This document shows positions 39,461 to 51,700 of a DNA stretch of 64,000 nt, in pieces (within the stretch, counting starts at the first letter, position 1; every line of letters begins with the position of its first letter). This DNA is from the human T2T-CHM13v2.0 reference genome, Homo sapiens. The DNA lies in the NCBI RefSeq assembly GCF_009914755.1, contig NC_060928.1. One strand, written 5' to 3'. A program made the position numbers and the translations under genes. The notes beneath the pieces were generated by a model. It saw only the letters and a list, made by a program, of their open reading frames with translations, searched no databases and was not told where the DNA came from.

Positions 39461-42400
39461 TTTTGAAACAATCTTTTTGTAGAATCTGCAAGTGGATATT
39501 TGGATAGCTTTGAGGATTTCGTTGGAAACGGGATATCTTCATATAAAATCTAGACAGAAGCATTCTCAGAAACTTCTTTGTGCTGTATGTCCTCAATTAA
39601 CAGAGTTGAACCATTGCTTGGATACAGCATTTTGGAAACATTCCTTGAGTAGAATCTGCAAGTTGATATTTAGATAGATTTGAAGATTTCGTTGGAAAAG
39701 GGAATATCTCCATATAAAATCTAGAGGGAAGCATTCTCAGAAACTGCTTTGTGATGTTTCCATTCAAGTCACAGAGTTGAATATTCCCTTTTATAGAGCA
39801 CGTTTGAAACACTCTTTCTGCACTATCTGGAAGTGGACATTTCGAGCGCTTTGAGGCCTATGGTGAAAAAGGAAATATCTTCCCATAAAAACTAGACAGA
39901 AGCATTCTCAGAAACTTGTTTGTGATGTGTGTATTCAACTAACAGAGTTGAACTTTTGTTTTTACAGAGCCGTTTTAAAACACTCTTTTTGTGGAATCAG
40001 AAAGTGGATATTCGGATGGCTCTGAGGATTTCGTTGGAAGCGGGATTACATATAAAATCTAGAGAGAAGCATTCTCAGGAACTTCTTTGTGATGTTTGCA
40101 TTGAAGTCACAGAATTGAACATTCACTTTGATAGAGCAGGTTTGAAACACTCATTCTGTAGTATCTGGAAGTGGACATTTCAAGCGCTTTCAGGCCTATG
40201 GTGAGAAAGGAAATATCTTCGAATAAAAACTAGACAGAAGCATCCTCAGAAACTTATTTGTGATGTGTGTCCTCAACTAACAGAGTTGAAACTTTGTTTT
40301 GATACAGCATTTTGGAAACACTCTTTTTGTAGAATCTGCAGGTGGATATTTGGATAGCTTAGAGGGATTCGTTGGAAAGGGGATATCTTCATATAAAATC
40401 TAGACAGAAGCATTCTCAGAAACTTATTTGTGATGTGTGTCCTCAACTAACAGAGTTGAACCTTGGTTTTGATACAGCATTTTGGAAACACTCCTTTTGT
40501 AGAATCTGCAGGTGGATATGTGGATAGCTCTGAAGATTTCGTTGGAAACGGGAATTTCTTCATATAAAATCAAACAGAAGCATTCTCAGAAACTTCTCAG
40601 TGATGTTTGCATTCAGCTCATGGAGTTGAACACTTCCTTTCATAGAGCCGGTTTGAAACACTCTTTCTGCACTACCTGGAAGAGGACATTTCGAGCGCTT
40701 TGAGTCCTATGGTGAAAAAGGAAATATCTTCTCATAAAAACCAGAAAGAAGCATTCTCAGAAACTTCTTTGTGTTGTGTGTACTCATGTAACAGTGTTGA
40801 ACCTTCCTTTTGACACAGCAGTTTTGAAACACTCTTTTGGTAGAATCTGCAAGTGGATATTTGGATAGCTTTGAGGATTTCGTTGGAAACGGGTTATCTT
40901 CATATAAAATCCAGACAGGAGCATTCTCAGAAACTTCTTTGTGCTGCATGTCCTCAATTCACAGAGCTGAACCTTTGTTTGGATACAGCATTTTGGAAAC
41001 ATTCCTTTAGTAGAATCTGCAAGTTGATATTTAGATAGCTTTGAAGATTTCGTTGGAAACGGGAATATCTTCATAGAAAATCTAGACGGAAGCATTCTCA
41101 GAAACTGCTTTGTGATGTTTGCATTCAAGTCACAGAGTTGAATATTCCCTTTTATAGAGTAGGTTTGAAACACTCTTTCGGCACTACCTGGAAGTGGATA
41201 TTTCGAGCTCTTTGAGGCCTATGGTTAAAAGGAAATATCTTCCCATAAAAACTAGACAGAAGCCGTCTCAGAAACTTGTTTGTGATGTGTGTATTCAACT
41301 AACAGAGTTGAACATTTCTGTTACAGAGCAATTTTAAAACACTCTTTTTGTGGAATCTGAAAGTGGATAATTGGATAGCTTTGTGGATTTCGTTGGAAAC
41401 GGGATGACGTATAAAATCTAGAGAGAAGCATTCTCAGGAACTTCTTTCTGATGTTTGCATTCAAGTCACAGAATTGAACATTCCTTTTCATAGTGCAGGT
41501 TTGAAACACTCTTTCTGTAGTATCTGGAAGTGGACATTTCAAGCGCTTTCAGGCCTACGGGGAGAAAGGAAATATCTTCAAATAAAAACTAGACAGAAGG
41601 ATTCTCAGAAACTTATTTGTGATGTGTGTCCTAAACGAACACAGTTGAACCTTTGTTTTGATACAGCATTTTGGAAACACTCCTTTTGTAGGATCTGCAG
41701 GTGGATATTTGGATAGATTTTAAGATTTCGTTGGAAACGGGAGTTTCTTCATAGAAACTCAAGACAGATGCATTCTCAGAAACATCTCTGTGATGTTTGC
41801 ATTCCACTCATAGAGTTGAAAACTTCCTTTCATAGAGCAGGTTTGAAACACTCTTTTTGTAATATTTGGAAGTGGACATTTGCAGCGCTTTGAGGCCTAT
41901 GGTGAAAAAGGAAATATCTTCTCATAAAAACCAGAAACAAGCATTCTCAGAAACTTCTTTTTGATGTGTGTACTCAAGTAACAGAGTTGAACCTTCCTTT
42001 TGACACAGCAGTTTTGAAACAATCTTTTTGTAGAATCTGCAAGTGGATATTTGGATAGCTTTGAGGATTTCGTTGGAAACGGGATATCTTCATATAAAAT
42101 CTAGACAGAAGCATTCTCAGAAACTTCTTTGTGCTGTATGTCCTCAATTAACAGAGTTGAACCATTGCTTGGATACAGCATTTTGGAAACATTCCTTGAG
42201 TAGAATCTGCAAGTTGATATTTAGATAGATTTGAAGATTTCGTTGGAAAAGGGAATATCTCCATATAAAATCTAGAGGGAAGCATTCTCAGAAACTGCTT
42301 TGTGATGTTTCCATTCAAGTCACAGAGTTGAATATTCCCTTTTATAGAGCACGTTTGAAACACTCTTTCTGCACTATCTGGAAGTGGACATTTCGAGCGC

Positions 42401-44562
42401 TTTGAGGCCTATGGTGAAAAAGGAAATATCTTCCCATAAAAACTAGACAGAAGCATTCTCAGAAACTTGTTTGTGATGTGTGTATTCAACTAACAGAGTT
42501 GAACTTTTGTTTTTACAGAGCCGTTTTAAAACACTCTTTTTGTGGAATCAGAAAGTGGATATTCGGATGGCTCTGAGGATTTCGTTGGAAGCGGGATTAC
42601 ATATAAAATCTAGAGAGAAGCATTCTCAGGAACTTCTTTGTGATGTTTGCATTGAAGTCACAGAATTGAACATTCACTTTGATAGAGCAGGTTTGAAACA
42701 CTCATTCTGTAGTATCTGGAAGTGGACATTTCAAGCGCTTTCAGGCCTATGGTGAGAAAGGAAATATCTTCGAATAAAAACTAGACAGAAGCATCCTCAG
42801 AAACTTATTTGTGATGTGTGTCCTCAACTAACAGAGTTGAAACTTTGTTTTGATACAGCATTTTGGAAACACTCTTTTTGTAGAATCTGCAGGTGGATAT
42901 TTGGATAGCTTAGAGGGATTCGTTGGAAAGGGGATATCTTCATATAAAATCTAGACAGAAGCATTCTCAGAAACTTATTTGTGATGTGTGTCCTCAACTA
43001 ACAGAGTTGAACCTTGGTTTTGATACAGCATTTTGGAAACACTCCTTTTGTAGAATCTGCAGGTGGATATGTGGATAGCTCTGAAGATTTCGTTGGAAAC
43101 GGGAATTTCTTCATATAAAATCAAACAGAAGCATTCTCAGAAACTTCTCAGTGATGTTTGCATTCAGCTCATGGAGTTGAACACTTCCTTTCATAGAGCC
43201 GGTTTGAAACACTCTTTCTGCACTACCTGGAAGAGGACATTTCGAGCGCTTTGAGTCCTATGGTGAAAAAGGAAATATCTTCTCATAAAAACCAGAAAGA
43301 AGCATTCTCAGAAACTTCTTTGTGTTGTGTGTACTCAAGTAACAGTGTTGAACCTTCCTTTTGACACAGCAGTTTTGAAACACTCTTTTTGTAGAATCTG
43401 CAAGTGGATATTTGGATAGCTTTGAGGATTTCGTTGGAAACGGGTTATCTTCATATAAAATCCAGACAGGAGCATTCTCAGAAACTTCTTTGTGCTGCAT
43501 GTCCTCAATTCACAGAGCTGAACCTTTGTTTGGATACAGCATTTTGGAAACATTCCTTTAGTAGAATCTGCAAGTTGATATTTTGATAGCTTTGAAGATT
43601 TCGTTGGAAACGGGAATATCTTCATAGAAAATCTAGACGGAAGCATTCTCAGAAACTGCTTTGTGATGTTTGCATTCAAGTCACAGAGTTGAATATTCCC
43701 TTTTATAGAGTAGGTTTGAAACACTCTTTCGGCACTACCTGGAAGTGGATATTTCGAGCTCTTTGAGGCCTATGGTTAAAAGGAAATATCTTCCCATAAA
43801 AACTAGACAGAAGCCGTCTCAGAAACTTGTTTGTGATGTGTGTATTCAACTAACAGAGTTGAACATTTCTGTTACAGAGCAATTTTAAAACACTCTTTTT
43901 GTGGAATCTGAAAGTGGATAATTGGATAGCTTTGTGGATTTCGTTGGAAACGTGATGACGTATAAAATCTAGAGAGAAGCATTCTCAGGAACTTCTTTCT
44001 GATGTTTGCATTCAAGTCACAGAATTGAACATTCCTTTTCATAGTGCAGGTTTGAAACACTCTTTCTGTAGTATCTGGAAGTGGACATTTCAAGCGCTTT
44101 CAGGCCTACGGGGAGAAAGGAAATATCTTCAAATAAAAACTAGACAGAAGGATTCTCAGAAACTTATTTGTGATGTGTGTCCTAAACGAACACAGTTGAA
44201 CCTTTGTTTTGATACAGCATTTTGGAAACACTCCTTTTGTAGGATCTGCAGGTGGATATTTGGATAGATTTTAAGATTTCGTTGGAAACGGGAGTTTCTT
44301 CATAGAAACTCAAGACAGATGCATTCTCAGAAACATCTCTGTGATGTTTGCATTCCACTCATAGAGTTGAAAACTTCCTTTCATAGAGCAGGTTTGAAAC
44401 ACTCTTTTTGTAATATTTGGAAGTGGACATTTGCAGCGCTTTGAGGCCTATGGTGAAAAAGGAAATATCTTCTCATAAAAACCAGAAACAAGCATTCTCA
44501 GAAACTTCTTTTTGATGTGTGTACTCAAGTAACAGAGTTGAACCTTCCTTTTGACACAGCAG
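39461..44562 (+). repeat. Two 15-mer HORs (units 15-16, 2551 bp each)
   Basis: Anchor spacing 39492-42043-44594. Confidence 0.96.
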
Positions 44563-45753
44563 TTTTGAAACAATCTTTTTGTAGAATCTGCAAGTGGATA
44601 TTTGGATAGCTTTGAGGATTTCGTTGGAAACGGGATATCTTCATATAAAATCTAGACAGAAGCATTCTCAGAAACTTCTTTGTGCTGTATGTCTTCAATT
44701 AACAGAATTGAACCATTGCTTGGATACAGCATTTTGGAAACATTCCTTGAGTAGAATCTGCAAGTTGATATTTAGATAGATTTGAAGATTTCGTTGGAAA
44801 AGGGAATATCTCCATATAAAATCTAGAGGGAAGCATTCTCAGAAACTGCTTTGTGATGTTTCCATTCAAGTCACAGAGTTGAATATTCCCTTTTATAGAG
44901 CACGTTTGAAACACTCTTTCTGCACTATCTGGAAGTGGACATTTCGAGCGCTTTGAGGCCTATGGTGAAAAAGGAAATATCTTCCCATAAAAACTAGACA
45001 GAAGCATTCTCAGAAACTTGTTTGTGATGTGTGTATTCAACTACCAGAGTTGAACATTTCTGTTACAGAGCTATTTTAAAACACTCTTTTTGTGGAATCT
45101 GAAAGTGGATAATTGGATAGCTTTGTGGATTTCGTTGGAAACGGGATGACGTATAAAATCTAGAGAGAAGCATTCTCAGGAACTTCTTTCTGATGTTTGC
45201 ATTCAAGTCACAGAATTGAACATTCCTTTTCATAGTGCAGGTTTGAAAAACTCTTTCTGTAGTATCTGGAAATGGACATTTCAAGCGCTTTCAGGCCTAC
45301 GGGGAGAAAGGAAATATCTTCAAATAAAAACTAGACAGAAGGATTCTCAGAAACTTATTTGTGATGTGTGTCCTAAACGAACACAGTTGAACCTTTGTTT
45401 TGATACAGCATTTTGGAAACACTCCTTTTGTAGGATCTGCAGGTGGATATTTGGATAGATTTTAAGATTTCGTTGGAAACGGGAGTTTCTTCATAGAAAC
45501 TCAAGACAGATGCATTCTCAGAAACATCTCTGTGATGTTTGCATTCCACTCATAGAGTTGAAAACTTCCTTTCATAGAGCAGGTTTGAAACACTCTTTTT
45601 GTAATATTTGGAAGTGGACATTTGCAGCGCTTTGAGGCCTATGGTGAAAAAGGAAATATCTTCTCATAAAAACCAGAAACAAGCATTCTCAGAAACTTCT
45701 TTTTGATGTGTGTACTCAAGTAACAGAGTTGAACCTTCCTTTTGACACAGCAG
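44563..45753 (+). repeat. 7-mer HOR variant (unit 17, 1191 bp)
   Basis: Anchor spacing 44594-45785, with a hybrid monomer at ~45001-45070. Confidence 0.95.
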
Positions 45754-48700
45754 TTTTGAAACAATCTTTTTGTAGAATCTGCAAGTGGATATTTGGATAG
45801 CTTTGAGGATTTCGTTGGAAACGGGATATCTTCATATAAAATCTAGACAGAAGCATTCTCAGAAACTTCTTTGTGCTGTATGTCCTCAATTAACAGAGTT
45901 GAACCATTGCTTGGATACAGCATTTTGGAAACATTCCTTGAGTAGAATCTGCAAGTTGATATTTGGATAGATTTGAAGATTTCGTTGGAAAAGGGAATAT
46001 CTCCATATAAAATCTAGAGGGAAGCATTCTCAGAAACTGCTTTGTGATGTTTCCATTCAAGTCACAGAGTTGAATATTCCCTTTTATAGAGCACGTTTGA
46101 AACATTCTTTCTGCACTATCTGGAAGTGGACATTTCGAGCGCTTTGAGGCCTATGGTGAAAAAGGAAATATCTTCCCATAAAAACTAGACAGAAGCATTC
46201 TCAGAAACTTGTTTGTGATGTGTGTATTCAACTAACAGAGTTGAACTTTTGTTTTTACAGAGCCGTTTTAAAACACTCTTTTTGTGGAATCAGAAAGTGG
46301 ATATTCGGATGGCTCTGAGGATTTCGTTGGAAGCGGGATTACATATAAAATCTAGAGAGAAGCATTCTCAGGAACTTCTTTGTGATGTTTGCATTGAAGT
46401 CACAGAATTGAACATTCACTTTGATAGAGCAGGTTTGAAACACTCATTCTGTAGTATCTGGAAGTGGACATTTCAAGCGCTTTCAGGCCTATGGTGAGAA
46501 AGGAAATATCTTCGAATAAAAACTAGACAGAAGCATCCTCAGAAACTTATTTGTGATGTGTGTCCTCAACTAACAGAGTTGAAACTTTGTTTTGATACAG
46601 CATTTTGGAAACACTCTTTTTGTAGAATCTGCAGGTGGATATTTGGATAGCTTAGAGGGATTCGTTGGAAAGGGGATATCTTCATATAAAATCTAGACAG
46701 AAGCATTCTCAGAAACTTATTTGTGATGTGTGTCCTCAACTAACAGAGTTGAACCTTGGTTTTGATACAGCATTTTGGAAACACTCCTTTTGTAGAATCT
46801 GCAGGTGGATATGTGGATAGCTCTGAAGATTTCGTTGGAAACGGGAATTTCTTCATATAAAATCAAACAGAAGCATTCTCAGAAACTTCTCAGTGATGTT
46901 TGCATTCAGCTCATGGAGTTGAACACTTCCTTTCATAGAGCCGGTTTGAAACACTCTTTCTGCACTACCTGGAAGAGGACAATTTCGAGCGCTTTGAGTC
47001 CTATGGTGAAAAAGGAAATATCTTCTCATAAAAACCAGAAAGAAGCATTCTCAGAAACTTCTTTGTGTTGTGTGTACTCATGTAACAGTGTTGAACCATC
47101 CTTTTGACAGAGCAGTTTTGAAACACTCTTTTTGTAGAATCTGCAAGTGGATATTTGGATAGCTTTGAGGATTTCGTTGGAAACGGGATGACATATAATA
47201 TCTAGAGAGAAGCATTCTCAGGAACTTCTTTGTGATGTTTGCATTCAAGTCACAGAATTGAACATTCCCTTTCATAGAGCAGGTTTGAAACACTCTTTCT
47301 CTAGTATCTGGAAGTGGGCATTTCAAGCGCTTTCAGGCCTATGGAGAGAAAGGAAATACCTTCAAATAAAAACTAGACAGAAGCATTCTCAGAAACTTAT
47401 TTGTGATGTGTGTCCTCAACTAACAGAGTTGAACCTTTGTTTTGATACAGCATTTTGGAAACACTCCTTTTGTAGAATCTGCAGGTGGATATTTGGATAG
47501 CTTTGAAGATTTCGTTGGAAACCGGAATATCTTCATATAAAATCAAGACAGAAGCATTCTCGGAAACATCTCTGTGATGTTTGCATTCAACTCAGTAGAG
47601 TTGAACACTTCCTCTCATAGAGCAGGTTTGAAACACTCTTTCTGCACTACCTGGAAGCGGACATTTCGAGCGCTTTGAGGCCTATGGTGAAAAAGGAAAT
47701 ATCTTCTCATAAAAACCAGAAAGAAGCATTCTCAGAAACTTCTTTGTGTTGTGTGTACTCAAGTAACAGTGTTGAACCTTCCTTTTGACACAGCAGTTTT
47801 GAAACACTCTTTTGGTAGAATCTGCAAGTGGATATTTGGATAGCTTTGAGGATTTCGTTGGAAACGGGTTATCTTCATATAAAATCCAGACAGGAGCATT
47901 CTCAGAAACTTCTTTGTGCTGCATGTCCTCAATTCACAGAGCTGAACCTTTGTTTGGATACAGCATTTTGGAAACATTCCTTTAGTAGAATCTGCAAGTT
48001 GATATTTAGATAGCTTTGAAGATTTCGTTGGAAACGGGAATATCTTCATAGAAAATCTAGACGGAAGCATTCTCAGAAACTGCTTTGTGATGTTTGCATT
48101 CAAGTCACAGAGTTGAATATTCCCTTTTATAGAGTAGGTTTGAAACACTCTTTCGGCACTACCTGGAAGTGGATATTTCGAGCTCTTTGAGGCCTATGGT
48201 TAAAAGGAAATATCTTCCCATAAAAACTAGACAGAAGCCGTCTCAGAAACTTGTTTGTGATGTGTGTATTCAACTAACAGAGTTGAACATTTCTGTTACA
48301 GAGCAATTTTAAAACACTCTTTTTGTGGAATCTGAAAGTGGATAATTGGATAGCTTTGTGGATTTCGTTGGAAACGGGATGACGTATAAAATCTAGAGAG
48401 AAGCATTCTCAGGAACTTCTTTCTGATGTTTGCATTCAAGTCACAGAATTGAACATTCCTTTTCATAGTGCAGGTTTGAAACACTCTTTCTGTAGTATCT
48501 GGAAGTGGACATTTCAAGCGCTTTCAGGCCTACGGGGAGAAAGGAAATATCTTCAAATAAAAACTAGACAGAAGGATTCTCAGAAACTTATTTGTGATGT
48601 GTGTCCTAAACGAACACAGTTGAACCTTTGTTTTGATACAGCATTTTGGAAACACTCCTTTTGTAGGATCTGCAGGTGGATATTTGGATAGATTTTAAGA

Positions 48701-51700
48701 TTTCGTTGGAAACGGGAGTTTCTTCATAGAAACTCAAGACAGATGCATTCTCAGAAACATCTCTGTGATGTTTGCATTCCACTCATAGAGTTGAAAACTT
48801 CCTTTCATAGAGCAGGTTTGAAACACTCTTTTTGTAATATTTGGAAGTGGACATTTGCAGCGCTTTGAGGCCTATGGTGAAAAAGGAAATATCTTCTCAT
48901 AAAAACCAGAAACAAGCATTCTCAGAAACTTCTTTTTGATGTGTGTACTCAAGTAACAGAGTTGAACCTTCCTTTTGACACAGCAGTTTTGAAACAATCT
49001 TTTTGTAGAATCTGCAAGTGGATATTTGGATAGCTTTGAGGATTTCGTTGGAAACGGGATATCTTCATATAAAATCTAGACAGAAGCATTCTCAGAAACT
49101 TCTTTGTGCTGTATGTCCTCAATTAACAGAGTTGAACCATTGCTTGGATACAGCATTTTGGAAACATTCCTTGAGTAGAATCTGCAAGTTGATATTTAGA
49201 TAGATTTGAAGATTTCGTTAGAAAAGGGAATATCTCCATAGAAAATCTAGAGGGAAGCATTCTCAGAAACTGCTTTGTGATGTTTCCATTCAAGTCACAG
49301 AGTTGAATATTCCCTTTTATAGAGCACGTTTGAAACACTCTTTCTGCACTATCTGGAAGTGGACATTTCGAGCGCTTTGAGGCCTATGGTGAAAAAGGAA
49401 ATATCTTCCCATAAAAACTAGACAGAAGCATTCTCAGAAACTTGTTTGTGATGTGTGTATTCAACTAACAGGGTTGAACTTTTGTTTTTACAGAGCCGTT
49501 TTAAAACACTCTTTTTGTGGAATCAGAAAGTGGATATTCGGATGGCTCTGAGGATTTCGTTGGAAGCGGGATTACATATAAAATCTAGAGAGAAGCATTC
49601 TCAGGAACTTCTTTGTGATGTTTGCATTGAAGTCACAGAATTGAACATTCACTTTGATAGAGCAGGTTTGAAACACTCATTCTGTAGTATCTGGAAGTGG
49701 ACATTTCAAGCGCTTTCAGGCCTATGGTGAGAAAGGAAATATCTTCGAATAAAAACTAGACAGAAGCATCCTCAGAAACTTATTTGTGATGTGTGTCCTC
49801 AACTAACAGAGTTGAACCTTTGTTTTGATACAGCATTTTGGAAACACTCTTTTTGTAGAATCTGCAGGTGGATATTTGGATAGCTTAGAGGGATTCGTTG
49901 GAAAGGGGATATCTTCATATAAAATCTAGACAGAAGCATTCTCAGAAACTTATTTGTGATGTGTGTCCTCAACTAACAGAGTTGAACCTTGGTTTTGATA
50001 CAGCATTTTGGAAACACTCCTTTTGTAGAATCTGCAGGTGGATATGTGGATAGCTCTGAAGATTTCGTTGGAAACGGGAATTTCTTCATATAAAATCAAA
50101 CAGAAGCATTCTCAGAAACTTCTCAGTGATGTTTGCATTCAGCTCATGGAGTTGAACACTTCCTTTCATAGAGCCGGTTTGAAACACTCTTTCTGCACTA
50201 CCTGGAAGAGGACATTTCGAGCGCTTTGAGTCCTATGGTGAAAAAGGAAATATCTTCTCATAAAAACCAGAAAGAAGCATTCTCAGAAACTTCTTTGTGT
50301 TGTGTGTACTCATGTAACAGTGTTGAACCATCCTTTTGACAGAGCAGTTTTGAAACACTCTTTTTGTAGAATCTGCAAGTGGATATTTGGATAGCTTTGA
50401 GGATTTCGTTGGAAACGGGATGACATATAATATCTAGAGAGAAGCATTCTCAGGAACTTCTTTGTGATGTTTGCATTCAAGTCACAGAATTGAACATTCC
50501 CTTTCATAGAGCAGGTTTGAAACACTCTTTCTCTAGTATCTGGAAGTGGGCATTTCAAGCGCTTTCAGGCCTATGGAGAGAAAGGAAATACCTTCAAATA
50601 AAAACTAGACAGAAGCATTCTCAGAAACTTATTTGTGATGTGTGTCCTCAACTAACAGAGTTGAACCTTTGTTTTGATACAGCATTTTGGAAACACTCCT
50701 TTTGTAGAATCTGCAGGTGGATATTTGGATAGCTTTGAAGATTTCGTTGGAAACCGGAATATCTTCATATAAAATCAAGACAGAAGCATTCTCGGAAACA
50801 TCTCTGTGATGTTTGCATTCAACTCAGTAGAGTTGAACACTTCCTTTCATAGAGCAGGTTTGAAACACTCTTTCTGCACTACCTGGAAGCGGACATTTCG
50901 AGCGCTTTGAGGCCTATGGTGAAAAAGGAAATATCTTCTCATAAAAACCAGAAAGAAGCATTCTCAGAAACTTCTTTGTGTTGTGTGTACTCAAGTAACA
51001 GTGTTGAACCTTCCTTTTGACACAGCAGTTTTGAAACACTCTTTTGGTAGAATCTGCAAGTGGATATTTGGATAGCTTTGAGGATTTCGTTGGAAACGGG
51101 TTATCTTCATATAAAATCCAGACAGGAGCATTCTCAGAAACTTCTTTGTGCTGTATGTCCTCAATTCACAGAGCTGAACCTTTGTTTGGATACAGCATTT
51201 TGGAGACATTCCTTTAGTAGAATCTGCAAGTTGATATTTAGATAGCTTTGAAGATTTCGTTGGAAACGGGAATATCTTCATAGAAAATCTAGACGGAAGC
51301 ATTCTCAGAAACTGCTTTGTGATGTTTGCATTCAAGTCACAGAGTTGAATATTCCCTTTTATAGAGTAGGTTTGAAACACTCTTTCGGCACTACCTGGAA
51401 GTGGAGATTTCGAGCTCTTTGAGGCCTATGGTTAAAAGGAAATATCTTCCCATAAAAACTAGACAGAAGCCGTCTCAGAAACTTGTTTGTGATGTGTGTA
51501 TTCAACTACCAGAGTTGAACATTTCTGTTACAGAGCAATTTTAAAACACTCTTTTTGTGGAATCTGAAAGTGGATAATTGGATAGCTTTGTGGATTTCGT
51601 TGGAAACGGGATGACGTATAAAATCTAGAGAGAAGCATTCTCAGGAACTTCTTTCTGATGTTTGCATTCAAGTCACAGAATTGAACATTCCTTTTCATAG

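Noticed and set aside
46805-47107. Unique longer 100 aa ORF
   Set aside because: Produced by the 1 bp insertion near 46981 shifting a spurious frame.
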